DNA of 64,000 bases from an uncultured Bifidobacteriales bacterium (lineage in GTDB: Bacteria > Fibrobacterota > Fibrobacteria > UBA11236 > JADFYW01), in contig CAZRWX010000001.1 in NCBI GenBank assembly GCA_964603925.1, forward strand, positions 5,489 to 69,488, in the 5' to 3' direction. A program made the position numbers and the translations under genes. Positions 1 to 9,112 of the stretch are shown here, piece after piece. Under the pieces are notes generated by a model. It did not search any database and was not told the origin of the DNA. It was given only the letters and a program-made list of their open reading frames with translations. Within the stretch, counting starts at the first letter, position 1. Every line of letters begins with the position of its first letter.

Positions 1-133
1 AAAACCGCAGATGCTCCTCCATGGTTTTACCGAGAATTTCCTCTTTGGCATTATAACACCTGAAAGCCAGGGGATTTTTTGACCCGGGCCCTTCATATTT
101 AATTTTTTCTATTCCGGGAAAATATTCTGACAT
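1..133 (-). CDS. xylA: Xylose isomerase, N-terminal fragment (gene continues beyond window start)
   Basis: My own reverse-complement translation from the ATG at 133..131 gives [44 protein letters not shown]. This matches the conserved XylA N-terminus (..KIKYEGP.S.NPLAF..YN..E.I.GK.M.EHLRF). It is not in the ORF track because under 60 aa fall inside the window. Confidence 0.8.
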   Translation of the reverse strand, partial: MSEYFPGIEKIKYEGPGSKNPLAFRCYNAKEEILGKTMEEHLRF

Positions 134-385
134 TTTAGCCTGCCTTGTATCTAAATGGTTAATCTATTTTGGACGAAAAATTAGAAAAGATTTTAAAAAA
201 GCATTATGTACCAGCAATCACTAGCGGCCGCATTTACCGAAAAGGCCATTTTTCGACATTTTGAGACAATTGCTCATATTTTAAACATCTATCAACATTT
301 GAACATTAAAAAAGTACAATCGTTCATTTATTGAGCGCCATAATATCAACTTTAGCTTAAATTTAGTATAGGGTTTAAAATATAT

Positions 386-2128
386 GTGACTATGGAAAAA
401 CCAGAAAAAATAGGTCAATATACCATACTGAAGTTCCTTGGTCAGGGTTCTGTTGCAACGGTTTTTGAGGCTGAGCATATCCTGGTAAAGCGCCGTGCGG
501 CTATAAAAGTGCTTAAACATGATACCCATCAAAATGATTTTTCTCAGGAAGATTTTGTAGAAGAGGCCCGCAAGCTCGCTCAGCTGGAGTCCCCCAATAT
601 TGTTAATATGTATGAGTTCGGGTTCCACGAAAACTCACCCTATTTTGCCATGGAGATTGTAGATGGCGGCGACCTTCACAGCCTGGTGGAGTCCCGGGGC
701 CGGCCCGATCAAACCATAGCCAGCCTAATCCTGGGCCAAATTCTGGAGGGCCTGCACAGCGCTCATCTCAAAAACATAATTCACCGGGATTTAAGCACCA
801 AAAATGTCCTTATCAATAAACAAGGCAACGTTAAAATTACAGATTTCGGCATTTCCATGGATGGGGGCCAGGTTAAAGGCAATCACACCAATAAGGGCAC
901 TATTCAGTTTCTTTCTCCTGAGCACCTTTCCACCTCTACGCCTACACCAGCATCAGATCTTTTTTCTCTTGGCTCCATTGCATATTATCTCTTTACCGGC
1001 AAATATCCCTTCCAGGGCAAAGACCGGGACGAAATTTTCCAGAATATATTAACTCGTTCATATGACTCTCTACACACTTTTAACAGCAGCCTTTCACCCG
1101 ATCTGGTGGATTTTTGCCACATATGCTTTGGTGAAAGCCTGGATGCACCTTCTTATCAAAAGCTCACAAATAAGCTTAAGTCCTTTTATAAGGAGTATAA
1201 TCTCACAATCTCAGAGGGGCCTTGGCTTATTTCCCAGACATTTTTCGCTCATTCCGGTGAGCGGGATTTTGCCAGGCAGATAATGGATGCCCTTAATAAA
1301 AATCAACGGCGGGTTGCTTTAAACATCTTAAATAATGCGCTTACACTGTTCCCTCAGAGCCCGGTATTGACAGATCTTATATCCCGTATTCAAACCATGC
1401 CCTCAGATGACCCGGGTAAGCTCCCCGAACAGGCCGCTGGTCCTAATACTGTGGGATTTACTCAGGACCTGATGACACGCCAGGTTAGGGTGCCAGCCTC
1501 AGCAGTCAAAAAAAAGTCCCTCTATTGGCCTATTCTGGCTCTGGTTATGGCAGTGCCCCTCATCATTGTCATGCCATCCCGATTAAAGCAGCAAATCCCG
1601 CCCGGACCTGAAAAAGAGGTAAGGCTGCTTAATGCCCTCCCCGACAGCACAGAGCTTACAATTGAAAATAAAATTATTAAAGACACCGACAGCTCCGTGA
1701 GCGCGGCCGCAAACCGGGTTATCAAAATGCCCTCTAAAATGCGCCCCCTTAAAAAGGTTCGGTCTCAAGACCAAAAATCAATTGTCAAAAATAAAGTTTC
1801 CACACCTGTAGATACAGCAGTAAAACCCAAACCCGTAACACCGGGCATACAATTTCCGCCAGGTTTAACAATAGGTGCCGACTCCGCCGCTCTGCAGATA
1901 GCCATTGCCAATGCCAGGGTAAACTTAAACGGCCATTTTTTGGGTTTTAACAAATTGCCTTCCCGCATTTACATAGTTAAAGCCAGGATATACAGTGTTA
2001 CTGTAGAAACCCCCGAATACAGTTTCCGCCGTGCCATACCTTTTAAGGCCGGCCGTTACTATTACTGGGACCCCCTTAATGATATTTTCCGGGAAAAGGA
2101 AGAGAAAAATAAAGAGGCTGTACGCTAA
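386..2128 (+). CDS. Serine/threonine protein kinase (Hanks-type) with C-terminal TM segment and extracytoplasmic tail
   Basis: Gly-rich loop LGQGSVATVFEA, VAIK-like AAIKVLK, catalytic loop HRDLSTKNVLI, DFG, and LSPE (APE-like). A hydrophobic segment LYWPILALVMAVPLIIV follows the kinase domain. The predicted start is GTG at 386; an in-frame ATG at 392 is equally plausible. Confidence 0.9.
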   Translation: MTMEKPEKIGQYTILKFLGQGSVATVFEAEHILVKRRAAIKVLKHDTHQNDFSQEDFVEEARKLAQLESPNIVNMYEFGFHENSPYFAMEIVDGGDLHSLVESRGRPDQTIASLILGQILEGLHSAHLKNIIHRDLSTKNVLINKQGNVKITDFGISMDGGQVKGNHTNKGTIQFLSPEHLSTSTPTPASDLFSLGSIAYYLFTGKYPFQGKDRDEIFQNILTRSYDSLHTFNSSLSPDLVDFCHICFGESLDAPSYQKLTNKLKSFYKEYNLTISEGPWLISQTFFAHSGERDFARQIMDALNKNQRRVALNILNNALTLFPQSPVLTDLISRIQTMPSDDPGKLPEQAAGPNTVGFTQDLMTRQVRVPASAVKKKSLYWPILALVMAVPLIIVMPSRLKQQIPPGPEKEVRLLNALPDSTELTIENKIIKDTDSSVSAAANRVIKMPSKMRPLKKVRSQDQKSIVKNKVSTPVDTAVKPKPVTPGIQFPPGLTIGADSAALQIAIANARVNLNGHFLGFNKLPSRIYIVKARIYSVTVETPEYSFRRAIPFKAGRYYYWDPLNDIFREKEEKNKEAVR

Positions 2129-2130
2129 AC

Positions 2131-2850
2131 ATGATTAAGATTATAATCAAGTTTGTCAGGGGTATGACTCTCCCGGTCTTTCTGGGATTAAACCCTGTGG
2201 TATGGTCTCAGAAGGCAAATACAACCTCCAGTCCTGTGGATTCCAGGCAGATATTGGAGGAGGGGGTTCAAGCCTATTTTCAGGGCTCTTACTCCAAAAG
2301 CTTGTACTTTCTTATTGAAGTATTAAAGGACACCGCCCTGGAACAGGAATACCAAATTATCCGCTGGGAGTACAGCGCTATATCGGCCGCCATGCTGGGG
2401 CGTGATTCTGTGTCAGCAGTGTATTTTCTTAATATACTCAATCTCAACCCCAACTGGACCCTGGCCAGTAACCAGAAGCACCCCAGCGTTGTAAGTAATT
2501 TTAATAAAGCCCGTTACCAGCTGGACAGCCAAAGGCTTAAAAGTCAGCTGGGTGTAATTGCCCCGCCGCTGCCTCAGCCTTTTAATTTTAAGCGCCTTAT
2601 GCCCCTGGGCATACCACAGTTTGATGACCGCAAGCCCCTGCCCGGCCGCATTCACCTTTTGACTCAGGTTTTAGGCAGTGCTATTGCCATTTACTCAAGT
2701 TACCAAATAACCCGTATACTTAACGGGCAAGACGAGATCACCATGTCCACCTCTAGACGGATAAAAAATTATCAGAACATCGGGCTTATTGGCATAAGCC
2801 TCAGCATTACCAGCTACGGGATATCTATCTGGCAAAGGAACACCAAATGA
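2131..2850 (+). CDS. Hypothetical membrane-associated protein (N-terminal signal/anchor, TPR-like helical region, C-terminal TM)
   Basis: The ORF sits 3 bp after the kinase stop and overlaps the next gene by 4 bp, consistent with translational coupling. N-terminal hydrophobic LPVFLGLNPVVWS; C-terminal IGLIGISLSITSYGISIW. No family recognised. Confidence 0.5.
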   Translation: MIKIIIKFVRGMTLPVFLGLNPVVWSQKANTTSSPVDSRQILEEGVQAYFQGSYSKSLYFLIEVLKDTALEQEYQIIRWEYSAISAAMLGRDSVSAVYFLNILNLNPNWTLASNQKHPSVVSNFNKARYQLDSQRLKSQLGVIAPPLPQPFNFKRLMPLGIPQFDDRKPLPGRIHLLTQVLGSAIAIYSSYQITRILNGQDEITMSTSRRIKNYQNIGLIGISLSITSYGISIWQRNTK

Positions 2851-4682
2851 ACGGTATTATACTGGCAGCATATCTGCAATTTAAAGAAAATAAGCAAAAG
2901 AAATTTCCTATTCAAAGGATGGTTACCACCATAGGCAGGGGCATGAGCAACGACCTGAGCCTGGAAGACCCTACTATATCCAGTTTACATGCCAATATCG
3001 TACAAAAAGAAAACACTCACGCAATTTTTGATATGGGCAGTCGTAATGGCTTAAGCGTCAATGGTAAAAAATGTAAAGAATGTGTTTTAAATCATGGTGA
3101 TGAAATACAGTTAGGCAGTATTTACCTGATTTATTATAACCAGCGGGTTCTCGATGACGGCGATACAGGCCTGGACAATCTGCTTACATCCATTCAAACT
3201 ATGGATTTCAACTCATCTAAAAAGGAGATCCTTCAAACTGTTACCAGCCTTAAAGAAAAAGAGGTCGGTTTTCAGTTCCTGCTCTCAGGTATAGCCGCCA
3301 TGGGTAAAAGTCTGAATATTAATGAACTTATCAATAACCTGCTGGGCCAGGTGTTGGACTTACCCGACATGGGCAATGCCTGGGTGTTGGAACATACCGG
3401 TAAAAAGTGGAATCTTATGGCGGGTAAAAAGGAGAGCGTGGATCTTCAGCCTCAGCTCTTTACCTATCTGAATACCCATGAGAAATGCACCTTCCAGTAT
3501 CAGGACAAAGCCTACGCTTCCTTCCCAATTAAGATACATGTAAATGGCTCCCTGGGGGCAGTACTTACAAACACTCAACCACGTAAATTCCCGTCTCAGC
3601 TCATTATGGGACTTTGCTTTTATGCAGCTCAGATGTGGCAAAACCTTATTCTTCAGGAAAAAACCACTAAAAAAATTGTTAAAGGGCTGGTGGACGAAAA
3701 TACCGCTCTCAAAAAAAGGCTTGAAGAGCACACCGATTGGGTGCCCATGGATGATGTCACGAAAAAAATTGCCCTGCAGGTGGAAAAAATGGCCCCATCA
3801 GAGCTGCCAATAATGATAACGGGGGAAACAGGAGTAGGCAAATCTTATGTAGCCCGCCATATACATAACATGAGTACCCGCAGGGGCAAAGCTTTCATCA
3901 CCATAGATTGCGCTACTATCCCAAAAGATCTTATTGAAAGTGAGCTCTTCGGCCATGAAAAAGGTGCCTTTACCAGCGCCGACAAGCTGAAAGCCGGAAA
4001 AGCCGAAGCCGCCCAGGGGGGCACCCTTTTTTTAGATGAAGTTGGAGAGCTCAAGCCGGATACTCAAGCCAAGCTACTGCGCCTGGTACAAGACAACGAA
4101 TATGAGAGAATAGGAGGCACAGAGCTGCTGGCTGCCAATGTGCGCATCCTGGCTGCCACCAACCGTGATTTGGAGACCCAGGTTAAATCCGGCAAATTCC
4201 GCAAAGACTTGTACTATCGGTTGTGTGTGCTCCATATACATTTACCCCCCTTAAAAGAGCGGAAAAATGAAATTGAATACCTGGCCAACTTCTTTATAAA
4301 ACGCGCAGCGCCTCAGGAGGATATCGTCATCCCTGGAGATGTCATGAAAATTATGAGATCCCACCCCTGGCCCGGCAATATACGTCAGCTGGAGAACGCG
4401 GTAAAAAGGGCCTGCGTATTAAATTCTGAGGGGGAAATAACCCTGGAGCACCTGGGGCTGAAGGAAGGTTATGAGGATGAAACCCGCAGCGGCAATACTG
4501 ACATCACCACCCTTAGCCTGGCAGATATAAGAGAGCGCAGCGAAAAGAGCGCCCTAAAAGAAATTCTCGCCAAAAACAAAGGCCACCTTTCAAAAACATC
4601 AACCCAGCTGGGTATCGCCCGCAATACTTTAACCGCTCTGCTTAAAAAATACAACCTGGACAAAGACACCATTACCGGCTGA
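2847..4682 (+). CDS. Sigma-54-dependent transcriptional activator with N-terminal FHA domain (FHA-GAF-like-AAA+-HTH)
   Basis: FHA signature (TIGRGMSNDLSLEDPTISSLHANI...GSRNGLSVNGKK). AAA+ sigma-54 interaction domain (Walker A GETGVGKS; ESELFGHEKGAFTSA, a GAFTGA variant; Walker B LFLDEVGEL). C-terminal Fis-type HTH (TSTQLGIARNTLTALLKKYNL). Confidence 0.9.
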   Translation: MNGIILAAYLQFKENKQKKFPIQRMVTTIGRGMSNDLSLEDPTISSLHANIVQKENTHAIFDMGSRNGLSVNGKKCKECVLNHGDEIQLGSIYLIYYNQRVLDDGDTGLDNLLTSIQTMDFNSSKKEILQTVTSLKEKEVGFQFLLSGIAAMGKSLNINELINNLLGQVLDLPDMGNAWVLEHTGKKWNLMAGKKESVDLQPQLFTYLNTHEKCTFQYQDKAYASFPIKIHVNGSLGAVLTNTQPRKFPSQLIMGLCFYAAQMWQNLILQEKTTKKIVKGLVDENTALKKRLEEHTDWVPMDDVTKKIALQVEKMAPSELPIMITGETGVGKSYVARHIHNMSTRRGKAFITIDCATIPKDLIESELFGHEKGAFTSADKLKAGKAEAAQGGTLFLDEVGELKPDTQAKLLRLVQDNEYERIGGTELLAANVRILAATNRDLETQVKSGKFRKDLYYRLCVLHIHLPPLKERKNEIEYLANFFIKRAAPQEDIVIPGDVMKIMRSHPWPGNIRQLENAVKRACVLNSEGEITLEHLGLKEGYEDETRSGNTDITTLSLADIRERSEKSALKEILAKNKGHLSKTSTQLGIARNTLTALLKKYNLDKDTITG

Positions 4683-4686
4683 CAAT

Positions 4687-6396
4687 ATGAGCATACAAAA
4701 GAATATTATTTACCTGACCCGGGTGCTTGTAGTTATGGGTCTTTTGTTTGTGCCGGGGTGCAACCTGTTTCAGAATATTGAGCCGGATACTGTGAACCCC
4801 GTAATACTTAAATTCACTGATGAACGCACCGAGATGCCCCTGACCGGCCGCAGCCTTATAATAAACAATACCACGGTAATTACACACGACAGCCTTGGCA
4901 CAGCCACCCTGGGCAAGTTCACCGCCGGGGCCCATACTTTTGTAATACAGGATAATGGCATATACACCGATTCGGCCTACTTCCCAAATACTGTCACCAT
5001 TAATATATCCGCCAAGTTCACCAGTTATACCATCAGGATGAAAAGGAACTATAGAACTTGGGGCTATGTGGCTTTCAATACAATTTACCCCCCACTCACT
5101 GTACCCAACACCCAGGAGCTTAATTTAAAAGGCAAAAAGGAGCTGGACCTGCTGCGGCCGGTATATTACTGGTACCTGAATGATTCTCTGATTGGCAAAA
5201 CCTACAACCCCGAACACAAGATATACCTGGCTGATTCACTGTCTCAATTTATATACAAAGTGGTTGTACTGACAGATGAAGTGGAAGCCGATAATCATGA
5301 CACCATAGGTACAGCCACCAGCAGCCTGCTGCCTAATCAATACCCCAGAAATAACAGGCAGCCAACTCTCTCTTTTTCAGGGTTTCAGCAACCGGGCTGC
5401 CAGCCCGGAAAGTTAGAGTTTGTAGTTCATGACCCCGATGGAGATCTTACTAACAATGCTATGGGAAGCCCTGGAATGGAAATCAGCATACCCGGGCGTC
5501 CCGGGCAGTGGAAGGTTAAATTCACCTATGTATCAAATGACTCCATAACGGGTTATTTTTCTCTGGGTTCACTGGATTACTCCCAGGACAGCACTGTGCA
5601 TATATATGCAGCCTATTTTGAAAAATATGACAGTTTGAGTAATTTTAAAGCCCGACGTTACCAGACAGACACTGTCTTTTCAATCAACCCCTATACTGTG
5701 CCCAATCTCGCTATCAGCGGGCTCAGTGGCACGCCATACTATTGGGGGGACACTATAAGGACTGTGCTCGAATCTAACACCCAGCTCATTTATAATAACC
5801 CAGGTACCGCGCGTCGTTTTTTCATGTACAACGACACCTCTATTATCAATCTAAGCCCCATGATACTTAGAAGTGAATCTTTAACTATGACTATACCGGA
5901 TAATTTTGATTTCCACAAGCTGACAATAACAGGCCGCGACACAAACACTCTTTATACCCGTTTTACCGCTTTGACTACATGCAACGATACAATAGAAGCC
6001 ATTGACAGTATCACCTTTATTAATCCGGGTATTGTCACTGACCAGGGGGATACAGTCAATATCCCCCTTATTAACACACCTGACACAGTAAGCGACACCC
6101 TGGGGTTCTCCATAACTAACAACCCCAACAAGGCCTTTCACTCATTTGTATTAAACTGGGGTGATGGTTCACTTGAAGAGATCCTGCCCAGCGACGGCAG
6201 CAACTACTACCGCCCAGGGCATAATTTCATTGTTAAAGACATTAAAAGGTATTATGAAACTATTGAAGGCAGCAGTTTTATATTTATACATGGCAAGTTG
6301 CGTATTACCGCCAGGAGAGACGTCGGCTACGCGGGTATTCAATCTCTGCTCACAGTTTCAGTAAAGTATCAGGTCCCCGATACTACTGGTAATTAG
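4687..6396 (+). CDS. Predicted lipoprotein with PKD-like domain, function unknown
   Basis: Signal peptide plus lipobox LLFVPGC. A C-terminal FVLNWGDGS motif resembles the PKD-domain WDFGDGS signature. Starts 5 bp after the activator gene's stop (4682), so probably in the same operon. Confidence 0.6.
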   Translation: MSIQKNIIYLTRVLVVMGLLFVPGCNLFQNIEPDTVNPVILKFTDERTEMPLTGRSLIINNTTVITHDSLGTATLGKFTAGAHTFVIQDNGIYTDSAYFPNTVTINISAKFTSYTIRMKRNYRTWGYVAFNTIYPPLTVPNTQELNLKGKKELDLLRPVYYWYLNDSLIGKTYNPEHKIYLADSLSQFIYKVVVLTDEVEADNHDTIGTATSSLLPNQYPRNNRQPTLSFSGFQQPGCQPGKLEFVVHDPDGDLTNNAMGSPGMEISIPGRPGQWKVKFTYVSNDSITGYFSLGSLDYSQDSTVHIYAAYFEKYDSLSNFKARRYQTDTVFSINPYTVPNLAISGLSGTPYYWGDTIRTVLESNTQLIYNNPGTARRFFMYNDTSIINLSPMILRSESLTMTIPDNFDFHKLTITGRDTNTLYTRFTALTTCNDTIEAIDSITFINPGIVTDQGDTVNIPLINTPDTVSDTLGFSITNNPNKAFHSFVLNWGDGSLEEILPSDGSNYYRPGHNFIVKDIKRYYETIEGSSFIFIHGKLRITARRDVGYAGIQSLLTVSVKYQVPDTTGN

Positions 6397-6523
6397 TAGT
6401 CTGTTTAAAATGCATTAATTTTAGACATTGCCCCTTCGACTATCCGTTCTTCGAACGGACGCTCAGGGTGACAGAGATAGCGGCCGTATTTTAGACAGAT
6501 ATAAGTAGCACACAGTCAGGGAC

Positions 6524-9112
6524 CTACAAACCACCAGCTCCATACTGCTGATAAACCCGCTCCAAATCTGCAAGACAAAAATGGCCGCCCTTTTTAATTG
6601 CCAGGCCCGCCTTTAAAAGAGTTACAGCCAGGTCATTGAAGCCTTTACCATGCCAGTACCCACCCAGATACTGCAGGGCTTTAATTTTAAGAAGATTGTA
6701 GTCGGCGGGAATAAAAGTCTGTTTTTCCTCAAAAGCCAGTAGTTTGGTATACCAGATGCAAGCCTCTTTGGGGCTTCCCGCCTTCTCTTCCAGCTGGGCT
6801 TGTAGAAGCACTGTCTCTGGATGAACCTCCACCTGGGTCAGGCCAATTTTCAAGGCATTGCGCGCCACGTCATATTGCCCCAGCTTCATAAGGGCATGGG
6901 CCGTTTTGGCCGGCCCTATCTGTATTATATGTGGATCAGTATTTGTTTTTTCGGCTAATTCCACTGCCTGCATAAAGTATTCAACAGCTTGGGCATTGTC
7001 ATCCAGATCCAGATAAGCATGCGCCAGCGTATACAATGTAACAGGCGTTATATTATTATCAGCCTTAATTTGCTGTTCCAGGAGATCACGGTTTCGAATT
7101 TGCTTTTTGCGCGAAACTTCTTCATTATGATAACCCGTATGGATAATTTTAATATCCGTATATTCTACAGGTATCCCCGCCCTCTCCAGGGAAGGCAGCA
7201 CCTGCTCATGAACCGGAGACTCAAAACGTACATCAGGACGATTGGGGAACAACCTTACCTGATTAAAAAGTGAGCCGGTATTACCCCCATCAGCACTGTT
7301 CTGGACCAAAAAACCATAAGCCTTTAGGCCTTTTACAGACTTCCAGTCAGGACCAAAGTCCCGGGCTAAAAGAGCGGGTATGGCTACTTTATCCTTCTCA
7401 AGCAAAATGTCATCGGCATCAAGCCACATTATCCAGTTCCTCCGGGCGCTATCCAGGCTCACATTACGGGCCTGGCTGAAGTCATTTTGCCAGGGGGAGT
7501 TTACCACTCTGGCCCCAAAGTGCCGGGCCACCTGGATAGTATTGTCTGCCGACCCGGTATCTACTACTATAATTTCATCAAAAAGCCCCTGGGCACTTTG
7601 CAGACATTTAGTCAAGTGCTCCTCCTCGTCTTTAGCGATAATGCAAAGACTTAAACCTGGGGTAAGCGCCCCTGTGCCGGCGGGGCCCGCTTCAGGGGTA
7701 CTTGCAGCAGCCTGGTAAGTGTTTGCTTCACCGGGCCACGGCATGTCGGGGAACTGCGACCTGGCCTGGGAAAGGTATTGATTTACCGCGGCAGTATCTC
7801 CTGACAGCCTGATAGCATGAATAACTTTCTGGTAAATGTGGGGATTGCGTGCGGGATTAATTTTTAAAGCCTCCCGGTAGGCTCCCAGAGCCTCATCACC
7901 CCGGCCTAATGCCTCAAAGCATTCGCCCAGACCCGTCCATAACTCCACTACCTCTTTGTAGTTGACTTTCATTTTTTCAAACCATTCCACCGCTTCAGCA
8001 AAATTACCCTGGGCAATGAGGATGCGTGTAAGGAAGTGATAGGCATAAATTTTAACGGTGTCATATTGATTGGCTGTGCTGGAGTGTCGCAGGGGCATCT
8101 CTATAACCTGGACGAATATATCCCGGGCTTCGTTTAGCCTGCCCTGCTCCTGCAGGGCCTCTGCTTTATGAAAAAGGGGCTCTAACTTATTTTTGTCCAG
8201 TTCCCGGGCTTTGTCAAGCCATTCAATAGAATCCTGATAACGTTTAAGTTTTAAATAACCCAAACCTATATATATTGGAATAGTGGCATATACATCGCGA
8301 TTAATTTCCAGCAAATCGGGTATGGCAAAAGCCTTTTTATAGGCGCTGATACCTTTTTCCCATTGTTCCAGAATAAAGTAAGAATCCCCGCAGCTCATGG
8401 TAAAGGTTGGGTCTTTGCCAAGAAGGTCCCCCTCCTCAGAGGCAACCAGCTCCAAATTGCGTCTGGCCTTTTTCTTTTTGGCTTCATCATTCTCATAACC
8501 GGTATGGTGTATGATAGTTTCAACATATTTACAGTGAACGCCCAGCCGCGCGGCGCTGTATACAAACTGCTCATGCACCTTGCGCTCAAAACGGATATCG
8601 GGATGATTGGGGAACATGCGCACCTGCATAAAGCGCGCCCCCCAGGCCTGACCAGCCTGGGTATTAATTACCTGAAAACCAAAAATTCGATCCAAAGGGG
8701 CGGTCTTAAGTTTTAAAAACGCTGCTACCTGATCGGGGGGAATACGGTCATCAGCGTCCAGCCACAGCACCCAGGAGCAATTGGCCTTCTCCAGACTCTG
8801 ATTGCGCGCCAGACTGAAGTCACCCTGCCATTGGGTTTGGAACCAGGTAACATCTAGACCATTGAGGATATCCTGGGTACCATCTACAGAACCGGTATCA
8901 TTGATTATAATTTCGTCCGCAAACGGCAGAAAAGACTGAACCGCCCCTTCAATATTTTTAGCTTCATCTTTAACAATCATTATAATGGAAAGAGTATTGG
9001 GCGGATAGGGGAGTTTAAAGGGGCTTTTTATGCGGCCAAAAGCCTTGTTAATGTCCTTGGGCAGGCCGTCCCTGCCAGCCATGGAGGATATTTTAGAGCT
9101 GTACTTTTTCAC
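6524..9112 (-). CDS. Dual-GT2 glycosyltransferase with TPR repeats (GT2-TPR-linker-GT2-TPR), SunS-like GT-A domains
   Basis: Two GT2 domains: SIIMIVKDEAKNIEG...IIINDTGSVDGT...QWQGDFSLARN...WVLWLDADD and LSLCIIAKDEEEHL...IIVVDTGSADNT...PWQNDFSQARN...WIMWLDADD. TPR-like helical repeats sit between and after them. A Pro/Gly/Ala-rich linker (ASTPEAGPAGTGALTPG) separates the halves. Confidence 0.85.
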   Translation of the reverse strand: MKKYSSKISSMAGRDGLPKDINKAFGRIKSPFKLPYPPNTLSIIMIVKDEAKNIEGAVQSFLPFADEIIINDTGSVDGTQDILNGLDVTWFQTQWQGDFSLARNQSLEKANCSWVLWLDADDRIPPDQVAAFLKLKTAPLDRIFGFQVINTQAGQAWGARFMQVRMFPNHPDIRFERKVHEQFVYSAARLGVHCKYVETIIHHTGYENDEAKKKKARRNLELVASEEGDLLGKDPTFTMSCGDSYFILEQWEKGISAYKKAFAIPDLLEINRDVYATIPIYIGLGYLKLKRYQDSIEWLDKARELDKNKLEPLFHKAEALQEQGRLNEARDIFVQVIEMPLRHSSTANQYDTVKIYAYHFLTRILIAQGNFAEAVEWFEKMKVNYKEVVELWTGLGECFEALGRGDEALGAYREALKINPARNPHIYQKVIHAIRLSGDTAAVNQYLSQARSQFPDMPWPGEANTYQAAASTPEAGPAGTGALTPGLSLCIIAKDEEEHLTKCLQSAQGLFDEIIVVDTGSADNTIQVARHFGARVVNSPWQNDFSQARNVSLDSARRNWIMWLDADDILLEKDKVAIPALLARDFGPDWKSVKGLKAYGFLVQNSADGGNTGSLFNQVRLFPNRPDVRFESPVHEQVLPSLERAGIPVEYTDIKIIHTGYHNEEVSRKKQIRNRDLLEQQIKADNNITPVTLYTLAHAYLDLDDNAQAVEYFMQAVELAEKTNTDPHIIQIGPAKTAHALMKLGQYDVARNALKIGLTQVEVHPETVLLQAQLEEKAGSPKEACIWYTKLLAFEEKQTFIPADYNLLKIKALQYLGGYWHGKGFNDLAVTLLKAGLAIKKGGHFCLADLERVYQQYGAGGL

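Noticed and set aside
281-628. 115-aa minus-strand ORF overlapping the start of the kinase gene
   Set aside because: It overlaps a well-supported kinase CDS on the opposite strand. Low-complexity and Phe/Leu-rich, typical of antisense translation of an AT-rich region. No motif.
804-1968. Several 60-80-aa ORFs inside and antisense to the kinase gene (804..1052, 1062..1283, 1522..1725, 1583..1774, 1765..1968)
   Set aside because: All are nested within the kinase CDS, which has clear catalytic motifs. They have no independent support.
6397-6523. Small hairpin ccgttc-ttc-gaacgg and repeated 'ttttagaca' in the convergent intergenic region after the lipoprotein gene
   Set aside because: The stem is only 6 bp with a 3-nt loop and no flanking U-tract, too weak to call a terminator. 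The repeated 9-mer occurs just twice.
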